DNA from: Sphyrna mokarran
Lineage: Eukaryota
NCBI GenBank assembly: GCA_024679065.1
Contig: JAGIQG010000009.1
Span: 102,424,001-102,488,000 of the forward strand
DNA length: 64,000 bases
Reading direction: 5' to 3'
Part shown: in pieces, positions 25,318-38,824 of the stretch
Numbering within the stretch: the first letter of the stretch is position 1
How the letters are laid out: the number at the start of each line of letters is the position of its first letter
The notes under the pieces: generated by a model
What the model was told of the DNA's origin: nothing
Database searches by the model: none
Seen by the model: only the letters and a program-made list of their open reading frames with translations
Made by a program: the position numbers and the translations under genes

Positions 25318-28300
25318 ATGGGTATTTAATTAGTCGGGGGTTTGGGGGGGGTGGGGGGGGGGGGCGTGTGGATGGAGATGGTTGTCTCTGAATCCGATTG
25401 CTTCCCCAGCTCCAGCAGAATTAGTTTCTGGGTGGAAGGTCCATGGTGAAACATCTTGCCTCACTGCCAATTGAGTCCCTTAAATAGTCAATTAAATGGC
25501 AATTTAAAGCTTTCTGCCCTCTATACCCTGGGATTAACCCAGGTACATGAAATGCAACTTCAACTGTGTGGGCACCTTATCACCACGGTGGGGGAGGGCC
25601 TTTATATCAAAGGCACTCAGTGTCTAATTGGGAGACTGGACAGATAACACCATGCACTTCCTGCTCAGTCGGCCTCCGCCCAGAGAAACCCGTACGTTAT
25701 TTCCTCCATTATTTACCTGGGCAACATTGTGGCACAATGATTAGCACTGCTGCCTCACAGCACCAGGGACCTGAGTGAAATTCTGGCTCGAATGACTGTC
25801 AGACAGTAGTGCACACCACTGCGCCATTGCACTGCCCACTGGTTCAATTAGACATGTCGTCCCAATTACCAGGGGAATTGGAGAAGGCGAGGGGCAGACC
25901 ATGGAAAGGTCTGTTAGCCTCGGTGGGATTTTATGGTTTTGGGATGAGTGAGGCTATACAATTCTGCCCACAATGTTAAAAAGCAATGGTTACTTAAACC
26001 AACACAAGCTCATTGCAACACATGCAAACTTCATTGAATTCAAATCTATTGTTTAGACAATAAGACCATAAGATATAGGAGTAGAATTAGGCCATTTGGC
26101 CCATTGAGTCTGGTCTGCCATTCAATCATGGCTGAAAAATCTTTCAATCCTAGTAGAAGAATCATAGAATCCCTCAGTGCAGGAGGCTACTCAAGCCATT
26201 GAGTCTGATCACAGTCCTACTCAGATCCCTATTCCCCTATCCCCACACATTTCACCTACTAATCCCCCTGACACTAAGATCAATTTAGCATGGCCAAGCA
26301 GACTAACCCACACATCTTTGGACTGTGAAGGAAACGGGAACACCTGGAGGAAATCCACACAGACACGGGAAGAATGTGCAAACTGCACACAAACAGTGAC
26401 CTGAGGCCAGAATTGAACCCAGGTCCCTGGCACTGCGAGGTAGCAGTGCTAACCACTGTGCCACTGTACTACCCAAGGGATAAGACATGATTCTTCCGCC
26501 TTTTCTCCATAACTTCTGATCCTTTCACCAGTCAAGACCCTATCTGTCTCTGTCTTAAATACACTCAATGAGTTGGTCTCCACAGCCTTCTGTGGCAATG
26601 AATTCCATAGAGTTACAACCTCCCCGCCCCCAACCGGCTGAAGAAATTCCTCCTCATCTTGGACCTAATGGTCACCCCTTTATTCTGAGGCTGTGCCCTT
26701 GGATCCTAGTCTCGCCTACTATTGGAAATATCTTTGCCAAGTCCACCCTATCCAGGCCTTTTAGTATTCTATAAGTTCCAGTGAGATTCCCCCCACATTC
26801 TTCTAAACTCCATCGAGTACAGACCCAGAGTCTTCGAACTCTCCTCATTTGTCAAGGTTTATTATAGTGAACCTCCTCTGGACTCTTTCCAAGCCAACAC
26901 ATCCTTCCTTAGACATGGGGCCTAAAATTGCTCCCAATATTCCAAATATTCCAATAGCTGTCTCAGGCTTTTAAGAGGCAGATAAACACACGGCATTATG
27001 GCGATTGGGCTTGGCTGGATTATTGTTGGTGTAGAATTGATGTGCTGAGTGGCCTCCCCTTCTACAATGTAGGGATTCCATGATTCTATGGTCAACCAAC
27101 AAAGTGGGAAATTCTATATAAGGAGATGGTCTCTCCAGTTTGTGGATGGAAAAAGAACGGCTGCAACAATAATTTAATGACAATAGTAGCTTTAAAATGA
27201 TGTTTCTGACAAGAGTGAAGCATGCTGGTGATTTGGCTAATGTACAGATTAAAAGCAGATGCAGGTCATAAAATTGAGGGCTGTGATCTGAAGCTTGCCG
27301 GGTAAAAGGAGTTATTTAAATTAGCCCAGACATTATGTCTCTGATTTGTATGGCTGTTATGTATGGGACATCAAGATATTTATTTATTAGTCACAAGTAA
27401 GGTTTACATTAACACTGAAATGAAGTCATTGTGAAAATCCCTTAGTGACCAGCATCTGTTCGGGTCAATGCACCTAACCAGCACGTCTTTCTGACCTTGG
27501 GAGGAAACTCAAGCACCCAGAAGAAACCCACGCAGACACAGAGAGAATTTGCAAACTCCATACAGACAGTGAGCCAAGCTGGGAATTGAACCCAGGTCCC
27601 TGGTGCTGTGAGGCACCACTGCTACCCCATGTCAAATGAACTAAGTAAAATGGCATTGTTCAAAAGTAATTTTATTGGATATTCTAGCCATGTGATCAGT
27701 TCCTGGTTACACAGTTGGCTGAATGATAGAGAATAATCCAGAAGTGATTTGTGAATTGTGGATAAAGAGACATGTGAGCCTTTGTTTGCCAGCGATAACT
27801 CAAAGAGACCATCCATTGAGAGAATGTGCCCTGAAGGATGCTTCAGAGAAGAAGAAGATAGATTCTACATCAAGAATATTTCTTGGCCAAAGTTTCGCTA
27901 AGCTCAGTAGTATCCATCTTCAGTTAAATAGTTAAAGTTGATGCTTAGTTAAAGTTGGTGTTCGGTTAAAAGTAAAATCCAATTGAAAGGTCAGGTTCAG
28001 TTAGAGTTAAAGTTCAGTAAAGACATCATGAGTTGCAATTGCTATTGTTTGAGTTGGTACTAGAAGTGTTAAATCAAGGAATAACTGAATTACTGTCCTT
28101 TGGTATCTCATTAAACTGAATGTTTGGAAGGTTGTTTAAATTAAAGCTGTATAAAGAGCTCAAAGGTGAAATTGTAAAAACAAAACCTGAACAAATCTAG
28201 ATGCAAGACTGGGGAAAATATCCAGTGCTGGCATAGTTGAACTGTAAAATTTGTGCTAACATCCAGTGACTTAGGCTGGCTACAAGCTGAACTATTCAAA

Positions 28301-29399
28301 GGGGCATTTATTCATCAATCTGCTTTGCATATTCATAGAAGCATGAAATCTTGTCCACTGAGATTTGGAATAATTCAACATCATTAAGGACAAACTGATG
28401 AGACTGGAACTGGTGGAAAAGGAACAATCAACTTGACAATGCCTCACTTTCACAATAAAATTTGTCTCCAATGCTAAGCAAATTGATTGTCTTTTATGCC
28501 TCAAAAGATTCTTGAAGACTCCTGAGATTTTATAGTGTTAATTTTATATTTAGTTTAATCTAATTATTAAACAACGCACTTTGTTAATTACACCCTCTTT
28601 AAGTATTTTCTTGCCTCTAGAGTATCTGTTTTTAGAAATGTATTAGATATTTCATGTAGGTTTTCGCCACACTGTTTAACACTGTTGAACATGAATAGGA
28701 AACAATAGACCAAACGTTTGCCTAATTGCTGAAATCTACCGCTGCATATTCTTCAAAACTCCACTAGTTAGTTCATACAAAAGGGGTGTTTATTTTTAAA
28801 ATTTATTTATTAGTGTCACAAATAGGTTTACATTAACACTGCAATGGAATTACTGTGAAATTCCTCTCATTCCGGTTCCTGGTTGGGTACACCAAGGGAG
28901 AATATAGCATGGCCAATACACTTAACCAGGAAGTCTTTCGGATTGTCGGAGGAAACAGGGGCACCCGGAGGAAACCCATGTCGAGAATGTGCAGACTCCG
29001 CACAGACAGTTACCCAAACGGGGTCCCTGATGAGTGAGGCAGCAGTGCTAACCACTGGATTTGGGCCCAGTGAACACAATATTGCCATTTGCTGTCAATT
29101 CAAAATTAGACTGAGGCAACCCTGACCATTAATGACTCAGGGAGGACAGAAATGTGTCAGCTGCATAAACAGATCAATACAATTTAATGTGAATAGAATT
29201 AATTTGGACAGGACCGTGCTAGTTAGATGCATTGGCCATGCTAAGTTCTCCCTCAGTGTCCCCAAACAATTGCATGGGGTGTGGTGGCTTCATTGCAGTG
29301 TCATTGCAAGCCTACTTGGGCACTAATAAGTAAACTTTAAACGCACATAAATTCCCTTTGAAGTGGCTAATCTGCCCCCCTCCCCCTCTCTGTCTTTTA

Positions 29400-30600
29400 T
29401 CCATGACTTTTCCAGTCGATATACGGCAATTAAAGTTCCCACGGGCAGCAAGTATGGGGATTTTCACCGCAGCTTCACTTCAACTTACATGTGAGACTAT
29501 TTAAATAAATACAGCTTCCCCCCCCCACCACCAGCCCATTCATTGCTGCACGGCCCCAGCCTTTTTTCGGGTGTACACCCTTGCTGGAGTTTTCTTGGAC
29601 AGCAGCACAGACTGGATGTTTTGGGCGGGAGTTGTGGGTGATACCTCCCCAGCAGTTTGTTGAGCTGATGGATCCGTTTCGGCTGGCGAGCTGGAAGGGG
29701 GTGGGGGAAATGATGCGGGTCTCCTGGTTGTCCCGGGTCGTGTTAGCTGGAGGATTTCGGTAGACGGCCAGCCCGGCGCCCACCCTCTCGGCCCCTCCCG
29801 GGAGCTGGAGACCAGCTCTGGAGGAACCTCAGCGCGGCCCTTTGCCTCCGGTTTTACAGGCATGACCGGACCATTTCGGAACTGCCTTCTCCGACTAACC
29901 CCCACCCCACACACACAGTGGGTGGGTGGCAGCAACGCTGTACCACCGTGCTGCTAAATACAACTAACCCGTAGCCCCGCTGCGATGGGCCGAACAGCCC
30001 CCCCCCTCCTGTGCTGTATCCTTTTACCATTATAAAGCCGTTAACACACATCTCTCCCTCGAATTATTATTTGTTTTGGTTCATAATCGAAATCTGCACA
30101 CTGTTTTGACTACATTCTCATCGCCACTCACTTTCTGGATTAATCAAAACTGCGGCTGTTGATGTTAGCGGTACTTGCGACTAGTAAATAAACTCTCTCC
30201 AAAAATTACTTAATTTCGTTTACCAATTTTAAGCATGGCGTAAATTTGCGTCCACAATTGTGTTTCTAACTCCGCAGGTTAACAGTACAATGTAAAATTA
30301 AAATTTTGGCACCCGATAGATTCATTCATGAATCTAATTTTGTGAATGCCTGTCAGTCACAGATAACCTCAATGTAGCGGATGCGACAAGAGGCGCCGGT
30401 TCACTGGTCAGATATTTCTGAATGTAAGAGACTTACCCAACGGTATTCGTGCACGAAATCGACCTGTTCTTTCTACCGCTGCGTACACGTGTGTGTGTGT
30501 ATCAATTTCAACAGGCTTGTATACAATGCCTGCTTCAAATGACAGGAAGTCGACATTAATAATCAATTTACTTCCTACTTTTAATTCGTAGAATTACTTT
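29400..30600 (-). promoter_or_regulatory. CpG-island-like region, candidate minus-strand promoter and non-coding first exon
   Basis: Many retained CpGs against a depleted background. ETS cores (acaggaagt ~30542, acttcct ~30569). Minus-strand donors gtaagt 30436, gtgagt 30131, gtaagt 29488. Confidence 0.5.
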
Positions 30601-31377
30601 CTACTAAAATCGTTCTGCCTATTCAACTGGCATTCTGGAAAAAAATACATATAAATGTCACTCAAATTGTCCTGTTCTAAGATCCAAACTTTTTTTAAAA
30701 AAAATTGATGTATTATTGTCGCAATGAATTGGGATACAGTGAAAAGTGTTTTTTTTTGTGCTACACAGACGAAGCATACCGTTCATAGAGCACATAGGGG
30801 AGAAGGAAAGGAGGGGATGCAGAATGTAGTGTTGCAGCTGGAGTGCAGAGAAAGGTCAACTTGAGGTAGAAGAGAGTTTATAAGAGTTAAAATTTCAAAA
30901 ACAGAATAAGAGTAAAAAATAGAATTAATGTCGGGGATAGCCCGAAAGAAGTTCGGCAGTTGTGATTCAGATGAAGGTGATTTCACTAGCGATACTCAAT
31001 AGCAGGAATTTGAATTCTTGCAGCTTATTTCACCTAATATAGAATTCCGTCAGCGTAGAAGGCTCTTCAGAGCATTGTGTCTGCATCAATCCTCCATCTT
31101 AGGCATGCCCAATCCCCATAACAATGCTGCTAATACCTCTAACCTACACATACTTGGAAATTAAGGGGCAATTTAGCGTGACCAATCTACGCATTTTTGG
31201 AGTGAGGGAGAAAACTGGAGGAAACCCACGCAGACATGGGGAGAATGTGCAAACTCCACTCACTGGGCCCAAATCCAACCTGGGTCCCTGGCAGCAATGC
31301 TAACCATTGTACTGCCATGACACAAGAATACTAAAGTAAAACGTGACCCCAGAACAAAAGAGATATTAATGAAAGAC

Positions 31378-32158
31378 GTCGGCTTAGAGGGGATCTCATA
31401 GAGGTGTATAAGATTATAAGGGGTATAGATAGAGTAAATGGAGGTAAAGTTTTTCCGCCTTTAGAAATGGATAGGACGAGGGGTCATGGCCATAGGGTGA
31501 GGGGGGCTATGTATAGGACGAATATTAGAGGGCAGTTTTTCACACAACCGGTAGTGGGGGTGTGGAATGCACTGCCGAGTAAGGTGGTGGGAGCAGGCAC
31601 GCTGGGGCTGTTTAAGGGTCTCTTGGACAGCCACATGATATGCAGATAGAGGGATATAGTAGGACTGTTTAACTACGGCTTTTTCCACAGGTAATTCGGT
31701 CCATACTTGACCAACATTGAGCATGCATTCGGCAGGTGGTGCGGGTACAGCTCTTGGATGTTGATTCATGGTTTGCCTGGTACCTCATGTCGTAAATGAG
31801 TGCTTTATGTGGACCATCTGAAGGGCACCATGACAGCTCAGAGACTATCGGTGTGGCTGTGCAGACACTTGGAATTGGGCCGGTGTCTGCGGGAGTTTGC
31901 GCGTTCTCCCTGTGGTTGCGTGGGTTTTCTCCGGGCACTCCGGTTTCCTCCCACAACCTAAAAATTCGCTCTTAGGCTGATTGGGAAACAAATTGTCCCT
32001 ATAGTGAGAATTTTCCATATTAGGAATAATATATATATTATTATATAGGAATAATATAATAGGAAATGGATTTGCTACTATATAGTTATGACGGCGGCGC
32101 GGGCTCGTTGGGCCGAAGGGCCTGTTTCCCATGCTATGTTGCTCTTAATCTTAATCAC
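31378..32158 (+). mobile_element. CR1 3' end with V-domain-like segment inside the 3'UTR
   Basis: RLRGDLIEVYKIIRG...FFTQPVVGVWNALP; V-domain-like 31822-32000; CR1 terminus gggccgaagggcctgtttc. Confidence 0.85.
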
Positions 32159-33899
32159 AATTGCTCAATCCATAAGCAAGCTGTATTTAGTTTACAGACT
32201 TCCCCAGGCCTCCTGACGCAGCCCCTGCTGAATTTTCACCATTTGCTATTACTTTTATTGTCGAGTTCTTTCCGATTCTGGTGGTCACCGAGGGAGTGGG
32301 CATACCAGACACTGAAGCGTTTGTCCTGTGTGTGGAAAGTGGCTAGTCCCTAGTTCCAAAGACTGCAAAGATTAGCTCTTTCTCACTGCCAGACTTGCTG
32401 AGCTTTTCCCGTACTTTCTGTTTTTATTAACACTGATCAGATAGGCACATAAACTTTCTTGTAAACACAGCAGGTTCCTCAGGTTGGTACAGTCGTGGGT
32501 TTCCGATGGGCACCTTTCCCCTCTGGCTATCCCAGGCACGGTCTGAGAACTGGAGCAGAATTCGGAACTGCCCCTGCCTTGCAAAACCCAGCTGAAGAAT
32601 GGGTTGCTCCTGTCACAACGATGGACTCAGGTGAAGGCACAATTCGGAAGTGCTTAGATAAGTGAGCCTCCAACAACACTCAAGAAGCTCACGTCATCCA
32701 GGCCAAAGCAATCCTCTTGATTGGTACCACCCGTCCGCCACCTTCAAGCTCCACTGCCTTCCACCACCAATTAATAGTGGCCTCTGCAGCAACTCACTGA
32801 GGCTCCTTTTGCAAGTCTTCCTAGCCAGTGACACTTAACACCGAGAAGGACAAAGGCAGCAGATGGGTGGAAATACCACGATCTGCAAGTTCAGACACGT
32901 TCCTGACATGGAACAATATGGCTATTCCTTCACTGTCACTAGGTCAAAAATTTCTCCCTGAGCAGCTAGTGTTCCTACACTAGCTGTACTGCAAGAACTT
33001 GGCATACCATCAAATTCTTAAGAGCAAAAGAGGGTAAACATCAAGTGCTGATTTACCAGAAATGTCCAGAGTGCAAAGATACTATTTTTAGAAGTATTGC
33101 AAGATATACATTTGTAGAATAGCAATAGTGCATTAGTGAAGGGAAGAGATTTTATTAATGTTATAAGTAGGCATTAATTGCATTGAAGTTACAGTGAAAA
33201 CCCCTAGTAACCATATCTGCTACCTGTGGGGATTTTAATTATGCAAATATTAATGGAATATCACAGGTAAAAGGCAGAGAGAGCCAATTAGGGTCTCATA
33301 ACGGAATATTCATGTCTCAAGTAGGGTCACATTAACATTTATAATGAAATCCCCTAATCACCCACACTCCTGCACTTGCCCATAAAGGACAATTTAGCAA
33401 AGCCGTAGCAAAACTTAACCTGTACATCTTTGGAGTGTGGGAGGAAACTGGAGCACACAGAGAAAACCCATACAGACACAGGAGAGAATGTGCAGAATCC
33501 CCAGAGACAGTGATCCAAACTGAAAATTGAAACCAAGTCCCTGGGACAGCACCGCTAACCACTTCCTCCAGTGGGTTGTGGTCATGTTACGAGACTAGGG
33601 GAAAGAGTTCATGTCCCACTAATAGCAGCTGCTGGAATTTAAATTCAATGAATAAATCTGGAATGTGTGAATTTAGTCTAAGCAGTGTTGACCATGAAAC
33701 TTGCATTAAGAAACCCACCAACTTTATTCCTTTCTTCAGGGGAAGAAATCTGCCAGCCTTACCCTCCTCAGTCTGGATATGTATTACTCTGTCTACTAAA
33801 GTGCTGGACCCTTTCTTGCCCTCTGAAAAGGCTCATGCAAGCCTCTCATTTGGGATGCACAAATGCAGGCCTCAATCATGAAAGAATAATAGGATGCAG

Positions 33900-34715
33900 A
33901 GCTGGGCTGTAAACTGGCAAATAAAGTTTAACCTTGATAAATGTGAGGTGATTCATTTTGGTAGGCCAAACTTGAATACAGATTACAGAGTCAATGACAG
34001 GGTTCTAAGGAATGTGGAGGAATAGAAAGACCTTGAGATTTATAACCAAAGATCCCTAAAGATTGCCACTCAAGTAGATAGAACCATGAAGAAGGCTTAT
34101 AGTGTGTTAGCATTTATTGACAGGGGGTTTGAGTTTAAGAACCGTGGGGTTATGCTGCAACTATTCCAGATCTTGGTGAGACCACATTTGGAATATTGTG
34201 TTCAGTTCTGCTCACTTCACTATAAGAAGGATGTGGAAGCATTGGAGAGAGTGCAGAGGAGATTTGTCAGGATGCTGCCTGATTTGGAGGGTAGGTTTTA
34301 CAAGGAAAGGTTGAGGGAGCTGAGACTTTTCTCTTTGGAGCGGAGGAGGATGAGAGGCAATTGAATAGAGGTTTATAAGATGATGAGAGGGATGATATGA
34401 ATGGACATGCAGAGACTATTTGCTTGGGTGGATGTGGCTGTTATTAGGGGACACAACTATAAGGTTCATGGTAGGAGATATAGGAGGGATGTCCAAGGTA
34501 GATTCTTTACTCAGAGAGTGGTTGGGGTGTGGAATGCACTGCCTGTTGTGATGGTGGAGTTGGACATTTTAAGAACTTTCAGGCGGTTATTGGATAGGCG
34601 CATGGAGCACACCAGAATGATAGGGAGGGGATAGCTCGATCTTGGGATTGGATGTAGCTCAGAACAACATTGAGGGCCGAAGGACCTGTACTGTGCTGAA
34701 ATGTTCTATGTTCTA
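33900..34715 (+). mobile_element. CR1 3' portion
   Basis: ORFs 34086-34364 and 34401-34634 (RPHLEYCVQF, FFTQRVVGVWNALP); ttctatg tail. Confidence 0.92.
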
Positions 34716-35083
34716 ATAAGAAAGTAATTACAGTGCAAAGACAGGTAACTTGACAGGTCTTGATGGAGAACAAATGATAAACATGGATATAAAAATATAC
34801 AGAGAGGAGGCAGAATAGGTGAGCATTACTTTAGCAGCCCAAAAACAGGGTGATTTAGGGAAGGCCTTTAAGGAGAAATCAACTTTCAAAACATTGTGGA
34901 ATTACCACAAATACAAAAATTCAAAATTAGAAAATATAACGAAGTTAAGCGAAGTTTAAAAATTGCTCCTGCTGCTGAATTAGAGATGGGAGTTAATATT
35001 TGGTTCATAGAGCCACCCAGTGGCCATATGTATATTTACAAGCTGTGAAAATCTGGGCAGGGTAACGTGTCATGCCTGACAAA

Positions 35084-37690
35084 TGATGTACAGATGCCGG
35101 CGTTGGATTGGGGTGGTAAGAACTCAGTAAGAATTTAGCAACACCAATTTATAATCCAACTGATTTATTTGATTGTAAAAAAGCGAGCTTTCGACTCCTG
35201 TGTCTTCTTCAGGCAAATGCAGTGTTCTGGTCTGCAATAGCACACATCAGCACAGACAGTCAGAGATTGCTGACTAGAATGCGAATCCTTACATCTAACC
35301 TGCTATTCAAGTGTTAAAGTGGCGAACAATGTGTGTGAAGGGAATCCTGAGCATTGTTGGAGAATTGTGTGTTTTCTCCATTGGTGTTGCTAAATTCTTA
35401 CTGAGTTCTTACCACCCCAATCCAACGCCGGCATCTGTACATCATGACTACTATCGACACCGCATACTGCCGGATCCAAGTGGAGAGGATCTCCAAGAGG
35501 ATTGCACATATCGACACAGACATCAAGTTTCTACAGAGATGCAAGAAAGCAGACAGGATACCAAAGGGACTGCAGATCACGAACCCACTCAGGTCAACCT
35601 ATAACACAGACTACGCTGAGAGGCTTTGCCGTCGCACCTCTCTCACACTCCTCAATCGCCTCATACACCAGCTCTATAGCAAACGCCGCACCCTGGAAAG
35701 TAAAATGGAATACATATTCTCAACTTGCACTCAGGACGCAGATCAGTTGCGAAACTTTGCCAAGCAGATGAGACAAAGAAACTACACCATTTACATGCAC
35801 ACCAAGAACAGGAAACTTGAAAAACTCGGCATCGCCACCAGCAACAACCAAGCCTCCCTTGGCACCACAGTAGAAAACAACACTACCGCAGGGAGGTCCA
35901 TTGTTAACCTGTCGGACTACACACTTCAATCAGAGGAAATCGAAGTTCTCAGCCGAGGGCTCAATTTCTGTCCCACCACCAAAATGAACCCCATCAGTCT
36001 TGCAGCGGACACAGAGGAATTCATCAGGCGAATGAGGCTGCGTGAGTTCTTCCACAAACCCCAAGAGGCCAATAGCAGACACAATGAGATAGCTAATGAA
36101 CCAGAACAGCCGACAGAGGGATCAGCAGTGCAGCAACCGAGGAGGAATGAATCCAATTGGACTCCTCCGGAAGGCCGCTGCCCCCGACTGGACATGTATG
36201 CCCAAGCCATCAGGAGGTGCGTGAACACCAGATTTATCAACCGCACTTACAAGACAGTCCCGAACATCACCCCAGTACAACGCAAGGCCATCCGTGCTCT
36301 CAAGACCAACCGCAACATTGTCATCAAACCAGCAGACAAAGGAGGCGCCACCGTCATACTGAACAGAACAGACTACTGTGAAGAAGTGTACCAACAACTA
36401 AACAATGAGAAACACTACAGACAGTTACCAGCAGATCCAACCAAAGAACACACTCGTCAACTCAACACTCTGATCAAAACCTTTGATCCAGACCTTCAGA
36501 ACACCCTCCGGGCTCTCATTCCACATACTCCCCACATTGGAGATCTCTACTGCCTCCCAAAGATACACAAGGCAAACATACCCGGCTGTCCCATCGTATC
36601 GGGCAACGGGACCCTGTGTGAGAACCTCTCCGGCTATATCGAGGGCATCCTGAAACCCATCGTACAAAGAACCCCCAGCTTTTGTCTTGACATTACGGAC
36701 TTCCTACAGAAACTCAGCACACATGGAGCAGTAGAAACAGGGACACTCCTTGTCACAATGGATGTCTCGGTGCTCTACACCAACATCCCCCACGACGATG
36801 GTATTGCTGCAACTGCCTCAGTACTCAATGCCAACAACTGCCAGTTTCCAGATGCAATTTTACAACTCATCCGCTTCATCTTGGACCACAATGTCTTCAC
36901 CTTGAACAGTCAGCTTTTCATCCAGACACACGAAACAGCCATGGGGACCAAATTCGCACCTCAGTATGCCAACATCTTCATGCACAGGTTCGAACAAGAC
37001 TTCTTCACCACACGAGATCTCCAACCCAGGTTATATACTAGATACATTGATGACATCTTTTTCCTTTGGACTCATGGTGAACAATCATTGAAACAACTGT
37101 ATGATGATATCAACAAGTTCCATCCCACCATCAGACTCACCGTGGACTATTCTCCAGAATCAGTTGCATTCTTGGACACACGCATCTCCATCAAGGACGG
37201 TCACCTCAGCACCTCACTGTACCGCAAACCGACAGACAACCTCACAATGCTCCACTTCTCCATCTTCCACCCTAGACACGTTAAAGAAGCCATTCCCTAT
37301 GGACAAGCCCTCCGTATACACAGAATTTGCTCAGATGAGGAGGATCGTGACAGACACCTCCAGACACTGAAGGATGCCCTCGTGAGAACAGGATATGGCG
37401 TTCGACTCATCGATCGACAGTTCCAACGTGCCACAACGATAAACCGCACTGATCTCCTCAGAAGACGAACACGGGACACGGTGGACAGAGTACCCTTTGT
37501 TGTCCAGTACTTCCCCGGAGCGGAGAAGCTACGACATCTTCTCCGGAGTCTTCAACATATCATTGATGACGATGAACATCTCGCTAGGGCCATCCCCCCC
37601 CCCCCACTTCTTGCTTTCAGACAACCGCACAACCTCAAACAGATCATTGTTCGCAGCAAACTACCCAACCTTCAGGAGAACAGTGACCAC
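35084..37690 (+). mobile_element. Penelope-like retroelement, young, inverted pLTR, lacks GIY-YIG domain
   Basis: Inverted pLTR 35084-~35360. Homology to the first copy stops at cagtgaccac 37690. 15-bp TSD cagggtaacRtgtca at 35058-35072 and 37699-37713. Confidence 0.93.
35183..35218 (-). ncRNA. Hammerhead ribozyme motif in inverted pLTR
   Basis: Minus strand GC-CUGAAGA-A-GAC-ACAGGA-GUC-GAAA-GCUC-GC. Stem I is short. Confidence 0.62.
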
Positions 37691-37744
37691 AATTCTTACA
37701 GGGTAACATGTCACCAGTTGTACGCTTTTCCTCGTTATGATTAG
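35444..37744 (+). CDS. Penelope-type reverse transcriptase ORF (766 aa), truncated before the endonuclease
   Basis: Motifs IKPADKGGA, YCLPKIHK, TMDVSVLYTNI, AMGTKFAPQYAN, RYIDDIF, FLDT, LYRKPTD. The last ~17 codons read into flanking DNA. Confidence 0.92.
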   Translation: MTTIDTAYCRIQVERISKRIAHIDTDIKFLQRCKKADRIPKGLQITNPLRSTYNTDYAERLCRRTSLTLLNRLIHQLYSKRRTLESKMEYIFSTCTQDADQLRNFAKQMRQRNYTIYMHTKNRKLEKLGIATSNNQASLGTTVENNTTAGRSIVNLSDYTLQSEEIEVLSRGLNFCPTTKMNPISLAADTEEFIRRMRLREFFHKPQEANSRHNEIANEPEQPTEGSAVQQPRRNESNWTPPEGRCPRLDMYAQAIRRCVNTRFINRTYKTVPNITPVQRKAIRALKTNRNIVIKPADKGGATVILNRTDYCEEVYQQLNNEKHYRQLPADPTKEHTRQLNTLIKTFDPDLQNTLRALIPHTPHIGDLYCLPKIHKANIPGCPIVSGNGTLCENLSGYIEGILKPIVQRTPSFCLDITDFLQKLSTHGAVETGTLLVTMDVSVLYTNIPHDDGIAATASVLNANNCQFPDAILQLIRFILDHNVFTLNSQLFIQTHETAMGTKFAPQYANIFMHRFEQDFFTTRDLQPRLYTRYIDDIFFLWTHGEQSLKQLYDDINKFHPTIRLTVDYSPESVAFLDTRISIKDGHLSTSLYRKPTDNLTMLHFSIFHPRHVKEAIPYGQALRIHRICSDEEDRDRHLQTLKDALVRTGYGVRLIDRQFQRATTINRTDLLRRRTRDTVDRVPFVVQYFPGAEKLRHLLRSLQHIIDDDEHLARAIPPPPLLAFRQPHNLKQIIVRSKLPNLQENSDHNSYRVTCHQLYAFPRYD

Positions 37745-38824
37745 GTCACTAGACTGGAATTACAACATTCCTCCATCTGGCCTAGTTTTACCTAGGGGTG
37801 GCATGGTGGTACAGTGGTTAACACTGCTGCCTCACAGTACCAGTGACCCAGATTCGATTTCCGGCTTGGGTCACTGTCTGTGTGGAGTCTGCATGTTCTC
37901 CACATGTCTGCGTGGGTTTCGTCCCGGTGCTCCAGTTTCCTCCCACTGTCCAAAAGATGTGTTGGTTTGGTGCATTGACCTAAACAGGTGCCAGAATGTG
38001 GCAGTTAGGAGAATTTCATAGTAACTTCATTGCAGCGTTAATGTAAGCCTTATTTGTGACGAATAAAGTTTAACTTTTCATGACTCATGAACTTTAGCTG
38101 TAGGACAAAAGGGCACAGCCAGAAATTGGGAAAAGTTGAGTTCAGAAAGAATCATAGAGCGGGATTTTACTGCCTCGTTCGCCCCGAAACCGGAAAGTCT
38201 TACCCGAGGTCCACGAACCTTCTTACATTCCACCTCTCACCCACTCCAATTCCGGTGGGATGATAAAATTCTAATTATGGAATAATTACAGTGCAGGAAA
38301 CCATCCAGCCCATACAGTCTGCACCAGCTCTCCAACAGAGTATCTTAATCAGGTCCTATCCTCACAATCCAGATATTTGCCTGGCTAATCTCCCTAACAT
38401 AATCATCTTGTAAAAATGAGGAGCGATTTAGCATGGCCAATCCACCTAACCTGCCCATCTTTGGACACTTAAGGGGCAACTTAGCATGGCCAATCCACTA
38501 ACCTGTACATCTCTGGAATGAGTGGGGGAGCGTGGGGGGTAGCTGGAGCAAGCAGAGAAAATGCATGTAGACACGGGGAAAATGTGCAGACTTCACATAG
38601 GCGGTGATCCAAAGCTGGAATTGAAGCCAGGTCCAGGTGTTGTGAGACAGTTGTGCTAACCACTGTGCCACCCCACATATATCAGGAATTGATTTTCATT
38701 TTAAGTTTTATTTATTTATTAGTGTCACAAGTAGGCTTACTTTAACGCTGCAATGAAGTTACTGTGAAAATCCCCTAGCGGCCACACTCCAGAGCCTGTT
38801 CGGTTACACTAAAAGAGAATTTAA

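Noticed and set aside
27820-28600. Possible solo LTR
   Set aside because: No partner LTR, PBS/PPT or TSD could be identified by eye.
29475-29935. Overlapping 102-131 aa ORFs in the GC-rich island
   Set aside because: Expected from stop-codon scarcity in GC-rich DNA; no recognisable motifs.
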